This document shows, in pieces, positions 11,288-21,486 of a stretch of 64,000 nucleotides of DNA. Each line of letters begins with the position of its first letter. The stretch's first letter is position 1. The notes under the pieces were generated by a model. The model was not told the DNA's origin. It made no database searches and saw only the letters and a list, made by a program, of their open reading frames with translations. The stretch covers positions 19,213-83,212 of the forward strand of contig CACBCS010000001.1 of assembly GCA_902537815.1 (NCBI GenBank), given 5' to 3'. Both the position numbers and the translations under genes were made by a program. This DNA comes from an uncultured Pseudohongiella sp. (GTDB lineage: Bacteria; Pseudomonadota; Gammaproteobacteria; Pseudomonadales; Pseudohongiellaceae).

Positions 11288-14200
11288 GTGTCGTCGTATC
11301 AGCCCAGCTTCGCCGCGTGCCTAAAAATCATGATCACCGCGTTTATCAAGAAACTCTACGAGCAACTCTTGCTGCTGTTGATCGTTGCGCTGATTGCTCT
11401 GGCAGCTTACTTGTCGCTCGGGCGTCAGTTCATGCCCGCGATTTCAAGTTACACCGCTTTTCTGGAGGAGCAGATAGCCCAAAGAACCGGGCTACCCGTG
11501 GCCATTGGCTCTGTGGCAGGGGAATTTTCGGGTTTTAATCCCGTCCTCTTACTCTCGGATCTGCAGCTGACGATTGACGACAGCGCTGAATCGCCAGCGC
11601 TAGAGTTTTCTGAGGCAAGAATTGCTGTCGATATGGGCAGATCAATCTGGCAGAGGCGGTGGGTGCTCGACGAGTTTGTGATCCGCAACCTCCGGATTGA
11701 AATAACCCAGAGCGCTGACGGGTCATGGCAGTTGTCAGGCGTTGCGACTCCGGGCAGCAATGATCCGGTCGATCTGAACGCCCTCTATCAGACGTTCCTG
11801 TCTTTCAACCAGCTCGAGCTGCAAGATGTCGCTATCAATGTCCATCCTCGCGATGGTGACAGTTTCGGTTTTGTGCAGGGTACAGCTTCCGTCCGCAATC
11901 AGGGACAAAATCACTACCTGCACGTTAACGCCAGCCTTGAGGGGAACCCTGAGCCACTGACCGTTTCATTCGAAGTGCAGGGTAGCGCCCTGGATCAGGC
12001 GAGCGGCATGCTGCATATTCTGGTCCCTAAAGCCGATTATTCCCGGGTGTTTGCCGGTCAGGATCTGGGCGCTCTGGCCATTCTCGGACTGGAGGGCAGC
12101 GGGCAGGCGTGGATAGGAATCGAAGCAGGGCAGCTGCGTGCTGCGACGGCTGAATTTGACATCCCCAGTCTGACCGCTGGCAGGCAAAGAGAAGAGCCGT
12201 ACCGTCAACCGGAATCTGAACTGCTGGGTCTGACGAACCTGAAAGGCCTGGCGAGGTTAAGTCGCCGCAGCGGAGAGAGTGCCTGGGAGCTGGCGCTGGC
12301 AAATATGTCGATGACCTATCGTGCTGACTCATGGCAGTCTTTTAACGCACGGCTTCTGTTCACGCCGGATCAGCTTCTGACAATCGCTGCTGATCATCTG
12401 GATTTGGGCTTGCTGGCACGCCTAGCAGGTGACAGCGGGATTATGCCGGATGCTGCGGAAGCGGACCTGAAGGGTTTCAATCCGGATGGTTCCCTTCAGA
12501 ACGTTTATCTGAGTCTGCCGATTTCAGAGACAGAGAGTCGACCGCTTATACTGAAAACCAATATTGCAGACCTGCAGCTGGAGTCGGTCAGAAATTCTCC
12601 CAATCTCTGGGGAATGGACGGCTTCGTTGAGCTCGAGTTTGACCGCTCTGTCCAACAGCTGACCGGTGTTGCTGAAGTGAACTCATCCGACTTCAGTATG
12701 AATATTCCGTCCACATTCACCAGAGTCTGGGACTACTCCCGGGTGAACGGTCGCCTGCACATTAGCGTGTCAATGGCGAATGGTCAGGTCGTGAAGCTTG
12801 CCAGCGATAGAATCGTTGTTGAGTCAGATGCTCTCGACGGCAGTGTCAGATTCACCTCGATCACTGAACGCTTCGCCGATGGCAGTCGTGATGCGAGGCT
12901 TGATCTTATGGTGGGGGCAGATCGCATTGAGGGCTCCCAGAAATCGCTCTACCTGCCTGATGGTCCGAACATCAGCGACAATCTCCGCAACACCATGGAA
13001 TTCCTGGAACGGGCCCTGATTAATGGCCAGGTATACAACAGCGGGATTCTCTACCGGGGATCAACTGTCAGCGGTTCCGATGCGTTGAGTAAAACCTTTC
13101 AGAGTTTCTGGCAGCTCAGTGACGGGCAGATAAATTTCAGCGATGACTGGCCGAATCTGGAATCGCTGACTGCCACAGTGCAAACCGATGATGACAATAT
13201 TGATATTACCGTGGACTCAGGCAGCAGCCTCGGTCTGCAGTTCGAAACCGCTACCGGCGCAGTCCGACGTGACGCGGCCTCTCGAAACTGGCTGACCGTT
13301 CTGGGCTCAGCAACCGGCGAGACATCCAGCGCTCTGGAATACCTGCGAGCCGCGCCTGTTGGTGACGGTCTCAAGAATGCGCTCGCAAGCTGGCAGTCGC
13401 AAGGCGCCGTTGCCGGCGATCTGTCGCTGTCGATTCCGCTTGATCAGCCGGAAGCTGACACTGCGGTTCACCTTGAACTGTTGCTGGAAGAAAACGATCT
13501 GATCATCTCGGATTACGATCTTGATATCAGCCAGTTATCCGGTTCGGTCATTTATGATTCGGAGGCAGGCTTTGAGCCGACGGAACTGACCGGCCAGGTG
13601 TTTGACGGGTTAATGGAGGCGACCTTGTCCTCGGTTCATGAGCAGGGAGCGCTTGCCAGTATTGTTGTTGAAGGGGCGGGTGTGACGTCCCCTCAGGCGA
13701 TGATTGAGTGGCCCCGGCAAAATGAATTTGTCAGAAGCTTGCTTGCCAATATGGAAGGTGACTTTGCCTACGAAGCGGTGATCACGATGAACCAGGTCGC
13801 CGCGCGTGAATCGGGCAGAGTGCTTGAGATTCGCTCCGATTTGCAGGGTGTGAGCATGAATTTGCCCCCGCCCTACGGCAAGCAAGCTGGATCGGCCGCT
13901 CCGCTGGATCTGCGCATTCAGTTTGGGGAAGAGAGTCAGCAGTCTGTCGGAAGATTGGGCGATTCATTGCGCTTTACTTTGAATCAGCCCGCTGATGCGC
14001 CGACCCGTGGTCTGGTTATGCTCGGTCAGCAAAGCGGAAGTCTCGACCCGCTGGCAGAAAGCTTGCCGCCGGGACTGTCGGTTCTGGGTGATTTCGACAG
14101 GTTTGAGCTTGAACCCTGGGTTGAGTTTATCTCCGGCATGTCGGATGGCGCCCAGTCTGATTCCGAGCTGGATCAGACAATAGCCTTTGCTGATATCTGG

Positions 14201-15382
14201 GCGGATGTTTTCTCCCTCTATGGAGAGGAACTTCCCGAAGTGGGTTTTCGCGTGGAACCCTCCCAGCCTGACTCAGGATGGGTGGCTCGACTGACCAGTG
14301 AATCAGTACAGGGTCAGGTGATCATTCCTTATGACAGTGACTTCTACCTGCAGGTCGACCTTGATTATCTCTACCTGCCAGGGAAAGAGGCGCCAACACA
14401 GGCCGATCCGGCGCTGTCCGGAAGAGGTGTGCCGGTGCCGTTGAACGAGAATACTGTATCCGATGAGCCTGAAATCGATCCACTTGAGAGTCTGGATCCA
14501 AGAGAACTCCCGCTGATGCGGTTTGAGACTGATCAGTTCAGGATCGGTGAGAGCGCGTACGGCAGCTGGGCTTTTACGCTCACGCCGACCGGGATAGGCG
14601 CAGAGTTTCATGACATTGATTTTGATTTCAGAGGATTACGCTTGGGCAGAGACAATCTGGATGACAGCATTGAATTTCTGGAGCCGCACTTCAGCTGGTT
14701 CTACGACGGGGTCCAGCACAGAAGTGAACTCACCGGCGTTTTGGTCGCTGATGACATCAGTAGTGTGCTGGAAGCTAACGGCTATGCTCCGAGTGTTGAA
14801 AGTGATCGGGCTGTGTTCGTGACAGAAGTGGGCTGGCCTGGATCTCCCGCTTTCTTCTCTAATAACCATCTTGGTGGTCGTATTGATATGCGCGTGGATG
14901 ATGGTCGCTTCCTGCGCGACTCCGATAGTGGGGGTGCATTAAGGTTGGTCAGCTTTATCAACTTGTCTGCGATTTTTCAGCGCTTGCGCTTTAGTGGTGA
15001 TTTGGTGCGCAACGGCCTGGCATTCGACGAAATTACCGGGGAATTCGATATCAACGATGGCCTGCTGCAAATAAAGGATCGGCTAGTCATCTCCGGTCCA
15101 AGCAGTCTCTACCAAATTAACGGAGAAGTGGACCTTGCTGAGGAGACAGTGGAAGGCGAAATGTCCATTACACTGCCGGTGAGCAACAATCTTCCGTGGA
15201 TAGGGCTGTTAAGTTCCAATATCCCTCTGGCTGTTGGAGCTTATTTGTTTGATCAGATCTTCGGCAGTCAGGTCGACAGTCTGTCCAGCGCGACCTATAC
15301 CCTGTCAGGCCCGCTTGAGGGTCTAGAGCCCCAGTTTAAGCAAGCCTTCGGTGCGCCGTCAGCCCGCCAGACACAACCTTAG
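11288..15382 (+). CDS. yhdP: YhdP-family giant AsmA-like envelope protein
   Basis: 1364 aa with an N-terminal TM anchor. Lies directly after rng as in E. coli. Size and repeat-poor beta-rich composition fit TIGR02099/AsmA-like. Confidence 0.75.
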   Translation: MSSYQPSFAACLKIMITAFIKKLYEQLLLLLIVALIALAAYLSLGRQFMPAISSYTAFLEEQIAQRTGLPVAIGSVAGEFSGFNPVLLLSDLQLTIDDSAESPALEFSEARIAVDMGRSIWQRRWVLDEFVIRNLRIEITQSADGSWQLSGVATPGSNDPVDLNALYQTFLSFNQLELQDVAINVHPRDGDSFGFVQGTASVRNQGQNHYLHVNASLEGNPEPLTVSFEVQGSALDQASGMLHILVPKADYSRVFAGQDLGALAILGLEGSGQAWIGIEAGQLRAATAEFDIPSLTAGRQREEPYRQPESELLGLTNLKGLARLSRRSGESAWELALANMSMTYRADSWQSFNARLLFTPDQLLTIAADHLDLGLLARLAGDSGIMPDAAEADLKGFNPDGSLQNVYLSLPISETESRPLILKTNIADLQLESVRNSPNLWGMDGFVELEFDRSVQQLTGVAEVNSSDFSMNIPSTFTRVWDYSRVNGRLHISVSMANGQVVKLASDRIVVESDALDGSVRFTSITERFADGSRDARLDLMVGADRIEGSQKSLYLPDGPNISDNLRNTMEFLERALINGQVYNSGILYRGSTVSGSDALSKTFQSFWQLSDGQINFSDDWPNLESLTATVQTDDDNIDITVDSGSSLGLQFETATGAVRRDAASRNWLTVLGSATGETSSALEYLRAAPVGDGLKNALASWQSQGAVAGDLSLSIPLDQPEADTAVHLELLLEENDLIISDYDLDISQLSGSVIYDSEAGFEPTELTGQVFDGLMEATLSSVHEQGALASIVVEGAGVTSPQAMIEWPRQNEFVRSLLANMEGDFAYEAVITMNQVAARESGRVLEIRSDLQGVSMNLPPPYGKQAGSAAPLDLRIQFGEESQQSVGRLGDSLRFTLNQPADAPTRGLVMLGQQSGSLDPLAESLPPGLSVLGDFDRFELEPWVEFISGMSDGAQSDSELDQTIAFADIWADVFSLYGEELPEVGFRVEPSQPDSGWVARLTSESVQGQVIIPYDSDFYLQVDLDYLYLPGKEAPTQADPALSGRGVPVPLNENTVSDEPEIDPLESLDPRELPLMRFETDQFRIGESAYGSWAFTLTPTGIGAEFHDIDFDFRGLRLGRDNLDDSIEFLEPHFSWFYDGVQHRSELTGVLVADDISSVLEANGYAPSVESDRAVFVTEVGWPGSPAFFSNNHLGGRIDMRVDDGRFLRDSDSGGALRLVSFINLSAIFQRLRFSGDLVRNGLAFDEITGEFDINDGLLQIKDRLVISGPSSLYQINGEVDLAEETVEGEMSITLPVSNNLPWIGLLSSNIPLAVGAYLFDQIFGSQVDSLSSATYTLSGPLEGLEPQFKQAFGAPSARQTQP

Positions 15383-15482
15383 ACCCCCCCGAGATCTGCT
15401 GCCGCCTCCGGGGCGAAGATTGCCTGTGACAGATTGATTCTATTATCATTTCTTCTTCAACGCAGCTAAACAAGGGGATCAG

Positions 15483-16214
15483 ATGATCAACAAGAGCTTG
15501 CTGAGCAACGCGGTTGCTCTGATGTTAGTGATCGTCGGATATCTGATGGAAGGCCCGTTTCAGCGTTACATTCTGAACACAGGCTTATTCGCACTCTCCG
15601 GTGGGATTACCAACTGGCTCGCAGTACATATGCTGTTCGAGCGAGTACCGGGTCTCTATGGTTCTGGGGTCGTGCAGTTGCGTTTCGAAGAATTCAAACA
15701 CGGCATCCGCGGCTTGATCATGGAGCAGTTCTTCAATCATGGGGATCTGTCGGCGTTTTTTCAGCAAACCGGTAACACAGCTGATCGGCTGGGTGAGCAG
15801 CTGAAGGGCGCGATCGAAGATCTGGATCTCGATTCGGCCTTTGATTCTCTGCTTGACGTCATCATGAATTCCTCATTTTCGGGCATGTTGGGCATGCTCG
15901 GCGGGAAGGACGCGCTCAGTCCCCTGAAGACTCCCTTTGTTGAGCGCATGCGGGACTATTTCAGGGCTCAGTTCGCCAACCGGACATTTCAGTCCAGAAT
16001 TGAAAATGCACTGCGAGGCGCGCTGGATGAGGAATCAATCCGTCAGACAGTGGCCGACTTGATTGACCGTCGCCTGGATGAAATGACACCGAAAATGGTA
16101 AAGGACATTGTTCAGCAGATGATCCACAAACACCTGGGTTGGCTAGTGGTCTGGGGCTGTGCTTTCGGCGGGATGATTGGGCTGGTGGTGACTCTTCTCA
16201 ATGGTCAGAGGTAG
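15483..16214 (+). CDS. DUF445-type membrane protein
   Basis: 243 aa. SGGITNWLAVHMLFERVPG motif and a C-terminal TM segment. Confidence 0.6.
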   Translation: MINKSLLSNAVALMLVIVGYLMEGPFQRYILNTGLFALSGGITNWLAVHMLFERVPGLYGSGVVQLRFEEFKHGIRGLIMEQFFNHGDLSAFFQQTGNTADRLGEQLKGAIEDLDLDSAFDSLLDVIMNSSFSGMLGMLGGKDALSPLKTPFVERMRDYFRAQFANRTFQSRIENALRGALDEESIRQTVADLIDRRLDEMTPKMVKDIVQQMIHKHLGWLVVWGCAFGGMIGLVVTLLNGQR

Positions 16215-16635
16215 TACGGGTGGTCGCCTCTGATTCGCGGAAAATTGTAAAGAGACGATCGGTGACTGACGCTTGAACACCCAGCGATGGGCCGGCGCTG
16301 AGAGTAGTTTTGGAACGGCATCGCCGATAATCAGATAAATCACAGTCTCTCCCTAAGGAACAGGCCATTTTCGGCCATTTAACGCATCGAACATTCAAAA
16401 ACCTTAGATTAGAGACTGTTTTTGTGACAAGTTTTTGGCTTTGGTTGGTGAAAAGATGTCGGTGCTGTAATACAATCGTTTCCCCGCTTAGGGTGACGCT
16501 TGAAAATCGTGCAACGCTTGCGCTGTTTCTCGCATCGAACCTGAAGTTCCCCTTCAGGCAACTCAGATTGCCGGACTTCGCGGTATTGTCGATACATTTT
16601 TGATACCTAATTCAGTAGTAAGGTGAGCAAGTAGT

Positions 16636-17223
16636 ATGGCTAGACCAGTTGAATTTGATGAGGCGAAGGTCCTCACCAGCGCGATGGAGCAATTTTGGAA
16701 AGAAGGATACGAAGCCAGTTCGGTTCAGAAGCTTCTCGACTGCACCGGCATTAATCGAGGCACTCTTTACAATTCGTTCGGCGACAAGGACACTTTTTTT
16801 AAGTCCTGTGTCGATCAGTACAGCAACATTATCGAGCAACACCTTGATGCCTCGCTGAAAAATGAAAAGCTTGGTCCGTGGGAATCGATAAGCGCCTATT
16901 TCACCGAATCAGTGGCCGGCGTCAGCAACAGGCACCGGGCCATGGGGTGTCTGCTGGTGAACTCGCTCTGTGAAAGCATCAATTACGACCGGGACATGAA
17001 GCGCACGGTGCGCAGCGTGTTGGCGGGTATTCGTAAGGCAATGCTGGTTCGCCTAAAAGAGGCGCAGAAAAAAGGCAAGCTCAAGAAAGGGGTGTCAGTC
17101 GAAACTGCGGCCGATGTCCTGATGAATATGATGCACGGGTTGCGTGTGAATTCGCGCGACGGCAAGAATGCCCGCCAGCTGCAGGATTTGGCGAGGTTCA
17201 CCATCAATTCACTGAAGAAGTAG
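16636..17223 (+). CDS. TetR/AcrR family transcriptional regulator
   Basis: 195 aa. N-terminal HTH (FWKEGYEASSVQKLLDCTGINRGTLYNSFGDKDTFF). Confidence 0.8.
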   Translation: MARPVEFDEAKVLTSAMEQFWKEGYEASSVQKLLDCTGINRGTLYNSFGDKDTFFKSCVDQYSNIIEQHLDASLKNEKLGPWESISAYFTESVAGVSNRHRAMGCLLVNSLCESINYDRDMKRTVRSVLAGIRKAMLVRLKEAQKKGKLKKGVSVETAADVLMNMMHGLRVNSRDGKNARQLQDLARFTINSLKK

Positions 17224-17364
17224 CCCGAACCCAACCGGGTACGGGCAGGTGAGGCCATCGGTAACACTCGGCTGTGTCCATAGTCGTGGGAAAAGCAGAG
17301 CTTTTGCATCTGGATTCAGCACTGATATACTTGGGCAATACCAGAACAGTGCTAGGAAATTACA

Positions 17365-17784
17365 ATGAAAAAAATATCCGGTAAGCGTTCCGAAGACGAT
17401 GCCAAAATCGATCTTACGCCCATGCTGGACGTGGTCTTTATTCTTCTGATCTTTTTTGTGGTGACGGCAACTTTCCTGTCTGAGACCTCCATCAGCGCGG
17501 CCAGTAGTGACAACAACAACAATGAAACTCCTCCGGAAGATACTGACAAGAAGAATATCCTGTTTGAGATTGGTCCGAATAACGAGATCATTCTGAACGG
17601 CAATCCGCGGCCGATTATTGCGACGCAGGTTCGCTCTAACATCGACCAGCTGAAAGCGGAAAACCCGGCAGCCTCAGTGATCATTCAGCCTGACAATTCC
17701 TCTGAAGTGTCGACTTTGGTGATGATCATGGATGCAGCCCGTCAGGCAGGGATGGCCAATATCTCTATTGTTGAGCCGAACTGA
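17365..17784 (+). CDS. ExbD/TolR family biopolymer transport protein
   Basis: 139 aa. IDLTPMLDVVFILLIFFVV signature TM with the conserved Asp. No ExbB/TolQ partner is adjacent. Confidence 0.8.
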   Translation: MKKISGKRSEDDAKIDLTPMLDVVFILLIFFVVTATFLSETSISAASSDNNNNETPPEDTDKKNILFEIGPNNEIILNGNPRPIIATQVRSNIDQLKAENPAASVIIQPDNSSEVSTLVMIMDAARQAGMANISIVEPN

Positions 17785-17810
17785 TTCGTCTTCAGACGGA
17801 CTTACTGTAA

Positions 17811-17844
17811 AAACGCACCCTCGCAAGATGGTGCGTTTTTTATT
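17811..17844 (+). terminator. rho-independent terminator after the ExbD gene
   Basis: AACGCACC (10-nt loop) GGTGCGTT stem followed by TTTTTATT. Confidence 0.75.
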
Positions 17845-17921
17845 GGGCGTCAGTCTGGTGGTGGTGCGAGCCGGAAGGATAGCCGGCTCATGCTCAGGGC
17901 TGTGATCAGCTAAGCAAGCGC

Positions 17922-19910
17922 TTGGATGAAATGAAAAACCTTTGGAATCACTCAGACGCCGCAGCCTGCAACAGCGAGCTGGATCTGCGCGTATACAGTT
18001 CGAGGCTTCTGGGTGCAGCGCCGTCTCTGGTGCTGCACGGCGGTGGTAACACATCCGTCAAAGCCGAATTCACCAATGTTTTCAGCGAGTCCGTGCCGGC
18101 GCTCTATGTTAAGGGCTCAGGTTGGGATTTGCGGACCATTGAGGCTGCCGGATTTCCGCCCGTGGATCTGGCCTACCTGCAGCGGCTGGGCGCGTTAGCC
18201 GAGTTGTCTGACACTGACATGATGCAACAGCTGCGATTGGCTCTGCTGGACCCCGCGGGGCCCACGCCGTCCGTCGAGGCCATCCTGCACGCGATTATTC
18301 CTTGCAAATATGTTGATCACACCCACGCTGATGCAGTGGTCACTCTGAGTAATACCCCCGGCGGCACTGAGCTTTTGCAGGACCTCCTCGGCGATGAGGT
18401 CTTGATCTTGCCGTATACCATGCCCGGGTTCGTTCTGGCACGACAGGTCGCAGAAGCCACCCTGCACGTCGACTGGGAGCGTCTCAAGGGCATCGTGCTG
18501 CTGCATCACGGTATTTTCACTTTCCATGAAGAGGCTGAACAGAGCTACAGCAATATGATTGAACTGGTCAGCATGGCAGAGAAACGACTGGCCACCCGCT
18601 CTGTACCGTGCAGGCCGACAAAGCATCTGGTCACCTCGGGGCAGGAAGAGCTGGCACTGGCAAAACTCAGAAAAGCGGCTTCACAGCTTTTTGGCGCAGC
18701 CGTGCTGATTCAGTGGGACGGGTCCGAACCGGCCTGCGGCTTTGCTGCGCTTGAGAATGCTGCTGAGCTCGTCCAGCGCGGTCCTCTGACGCCTGATCAC
18801 AGTATCCACACCAAGCCATTTGGCGCAGTGTTTGAGGACAATTTGCCCTCTGACCTTGCTCAATTTGCAGCGCTGTACCGCGCCTATTTCGACTCGTATC
18901 GTCTTACCGAACATCGGCTTCTCGACCTGATGCCGCGTTTTGGAGTCTGGCTCGGCAAAGGCATGATTTATCTAGCTGCGAATGCCAAGCGTTTACAGAT
19001 CGTCAGGGATATCTCGACTCACACGCTCAGCGCAATCCAGCAGGCTGAGGCTTTCGGTGGTTGGGAGGCATTGTCCAGGGAGGATTTGTTCGCCGTTGAA
19101 TACTGGGAACTGGAACAGGCGAAATTAAAAACCCATACCCTCAAGCCTGAGATGGAGGGGATGGTGGCCCTGGTCACAGGCGCAGCCTCTGGTATTGGTC
19201 TGGCCACAGTTGAAGCTCTCGCCGCCAGAGGGGCTGCAGTGGTTGCGCTTGATGTGGCGTTTAACCGCTCAGCAGACAATTCGGACTTGCCTCAGGCTGC
19301 GATTTGCCTGCAGGTCGATGTGACCGATGGGACTGCGCTGCAGGAGGCGATTCATTCAGCGGTTCGACATTTTGGAGGAATCGATCTGCTGGTCAGTAAC
19401 GCGGGGAGCTTCCCGTCTGGCAGTTTGCTGGCAGATATCGATGAAGCCACATGGCAACAATCGCTCGATCTGAATCTCAGCGCTCACCTGCGCCTGCTGC
19501 GCTGCTGTGAACCGTATCTGTCCGAGGGCCATGAGCCGGCAGTGGTGTTCGTCGGTTCCAAGAATGTACCCGCTCCGGGACCCGGAGCAGGGGCCTATTC
19601 AGTTGCCAAGTCGGGGATGACACAATTGATGCGAATTGCGGCTCTGGAACTGGGCAAAAAGGGTATCCGATGTAACGCGGTTCACCCTAATGCGGTCTAC
19701 GACACGGCCATCTGGACAGAAGAAGTGCTTGCCAGTCGCGCGGCTCACTATGGTGTTTCAGTGGAAGACTATAAATCCGCTAATGTACTCGGGACTGAAT
19801 TAGGCTCCCAAGACGTTGCCGAGGTGATTTGCGCGCTCCTCAGTATGCGGTTCGCGAAAACTACCGGAGCCCAGGTGCCGATTGACGGAGGAAACGAGCG
19901 GGTAATCTGA
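17922..19910 (+). CDS. bifunctional class II aldolase/adducin-domain + short-chain dehydrogenase fusion
   Basis: 662 aa. The N-terminal half has LVLHGGGNTSVK and VKGSGWDL blocks typical of the aldolase/SDR fusion family. The C-terminal half has TGAASGIG and YSVAK (YxxxK). Confidence 0.8.
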   Translation: MDEMKNLWNHSDAAACNSELDLRVYSSRLLGAAPSLVLHGGGNTSVKAEFTNVFSESVPALYVKGSGWDLRTIEAAGFPPVDLAYLQRLGALAELSDTDMMQQLRLALLDPAGPTPSVEAILHAIIPCKYVDHTHADAVVTLSNTPGGTELLQDLLGDEVLILPYTMPGFVLARQVAEATLHVDWERLKGIVLLHHGIFTFHEEAEQSYSNMIELVSMAEKRLATRSVPCRPTKHLVTSGQEELALAKLRKAASQLFGAAVLIQWDGSEPACGFAALENAAELVQRGPLTPDHSIHTKPFGAVFEDNLPSDLAQFAALYRAYFDSYRLTEHRLLDLMPRFGVWLGKGMIYLAANAKRLQIVRDISTHTLSAIQQAEAFGGWEALSREDLFAVEYWELEQAKLKTHTLKPEMEGMVALVTGAASGIGLATVEALAARGAAVVALDVAFNRSADNSDLPQAAICLQVDVTDGTALQEAIHSAVRHFGGIDLLVSNAGSFPSGSLLADIDEATWQQSLDLNLSAHLRLLRCCEPYLSEGHEPAVVFVGSKNVPAPGPGAGAYSVAKSGMTQLMRIAALELGKKGIRCNAVHPNAVYDTAIWTEEVLASRAAHYGVSVEDYKSANVLGTELGSQDVAEVICALLSMRFAKTTGAQVPIDGGNERVI

Positions 19911-19934
19911 CTCGAGTCTCCGGGAACATAAGAT

Positions 19935-21029
19935 GTGATTGTAAACGGCAAAAATCGGCAGAGTATCTGGTACGACGCGTCAGGCGATGAGGTGTTGATC
20001 ATTGATCAGACCCGCTTGCCACATGAGTTCAAGGTATTGTCACTGGTGAATCTTGAGTCGGCCTGTGTCGCCATCCAGTCAATGCAGGTGCGAGGAGCCC
20101 CTCTGATCGGGGTGACCGCAGCGTACGGGGTCTACCTGGGCTTGCGGGAAGATCCTGATTCACTGGATCGGGTCTGCCGCGCTCTTGCCGCCACCCGGCC
20201 TACGGCAGTCAATCTGCAGTGGGCACTCCAAAGATGCCGAGACCGGTTGGCCGGTATGCCTCTCGACCGGAGAGTTGAGCAGGCTCTGGCACTCGCCCAG
20301 AACATCGAGCAGGAAGATGTCGCCATTTGCGAAGCAATGGGAGAACATGGAGCCGACCTGATGGAGCAGCTCTGGCAAAGAAAATCTCAGGATCAGGATC
20401 ACCTGAACATACTCACGCACTGTAACGCCGGTTCGCTGGCCACCGTCGACTGGGGCACCGCAATGTCTGTGGTCTACAAAACGGTGCAGAGAGGCGTGCC
20501 TGTACATGTCTGGGTTGATGAGACCCGGCCCCGTAATCAGGGCGCCGCGCTGACCTGTTGGGAACTCGGGCAGGCTGCCGTCCCACATACTCTTATCGTT
20601 GACAATGCAGGCGGTCATCTTATGCAGCAAGGGCAGGTTGACGTGTGTGTGGTGGGCAGCGACCGGACCGCCCGTAACGGGGATGTCTGCAACAAGATTG
20701 GCACCTACCTGAAGGCCCTGGCTGCTTATGACAACGGCATTCCTTTTTACGTGGCGCTTCCGCTTTCCTCAATTGATTTCTCCCTTGAATCGGGGCTGAA
20801 TCGGATCCCCATCGAAGAGCGTGACAGTGATGAAGTCACTGAGGTGGCCGGAATCATGCCTGACGGGCTGCCCGGACGGGTTCGCACCGCGCCGCCGGGA
20901 GTCAGGACTAACAATCCGGGCTTCGATGTGACTCCTGCCCGCCTGGTTACTGCGCTGATTACAGAACATGGAGCGGTAAAGGCTGAGACAGAGGCAATCT
21001 CTGCTCTACAGGGCGCGGCTGACCGCTGA
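19935..21029 (+). CDS. mtnA: S-methyl-5-thioribose-1-phosphate isomerase
   Basis: 364 aa. eIF-2B alpha/beta/delta-like fold. LIIDQTRLPHEF, VRGAPLIGV, THCNAGSLAT and GSDRTARNGDVCNKIGTY blocks. Confidence 0.85.
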   Translation: MIVNGKNRQSIWYDASGDEVLIIDQTRLPHEFKVLSLVNLESACVAIQSMQVRGAPLIGVTAAYGVYLGLREDPDSLDRVCRALAATRPTAVNLQWALQRCRDRLAGMPLDRRVEQALALAQNIEQEDVAICEAMGEHGADLMEQLWQRKSQDQDHLNILTHCNAGSLATVDWGTAMSVVYKTVQRGVPVHVWVDETRPRNQGAALTCWELGQAAVPHTLIVDNAGGHLMQQGQVDVCVVGSDRTARNGDVCNKIGTYLKALAAYDNGIPFYVALPLSSIDFSLESGLNRIPIEERDSDEVTEVAGIMPDGLPGRVRTAPPGVRTNNPGFDVTPARLVTALITEHGAVKAETEAISALQGAADR

Positions 21030-21030
21030 T

Positions 21031-21378
21031 TCAGCCTGGAGGCCAAGTCAAGGGACGGCCTCCAAGAATGTGAAGATGAAGGTGGAAAACGGTTTGGCCG
21101 CCGTGGCTTCCCGTGTTGATGACATAGCGGAAGCCTGATGCTTCCAGGTCTAACTGGACGACAATTCTGTTGGCCGCGGCCATGAGCGCACCCAGCAGCG
21201 GCTCATGCTCTTCTGAGCGATCATTGACCGCTGAGAGGTGCTTTCTGGGTATGACGAGCACGTGTGTCGGTGCGGCCGGATTGATGTCGTGAAAAGCGTA
21301 GACATGATCATCCGAATAGACCTTGCTCGAGGGTATATCGCCTGAGATAATTTTGCAGAACAAACAATCGTTGGACAT
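21031..21378 (-). CDS. HIT family protein (HinT-like)
   Basis: 115 aa. CLFCKII N-terminus and histidine triad HLHLHILGG. Confidence 0.9.
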   Translation of the reverse strand: MSNDCLFCKIISGDIPSSKVYSDDHVYAFHDINPAAPTHVLVIPRKHLSAVNDRSEEHEPLLGALMAAANRIVVQLDLEASGFRYVINTGSHGGQTVFHLHLHILGGRPLTWPPG

Positions 21379-21486
21379 CAGTCACTCCCGCTGGTCGAAA
21401 TTTTGGTCGGCAGATCGATGCAGACGCCGCATCGACAGCTCTTCCTGATTGTCAATATGCTATAACTAAAGCTCTGCAATTCGAAG

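Noticed and set aside
16409-16597. 62-aa Lys/Arg/Cys-rich minus-strand ORF in the gap before the TetR gene
   Set aside because: It has no RBS and no recognisable family, and overlapping alternative ORFs are equally poor. I treat the region as non-coding or a remnant, as noted in a finding.
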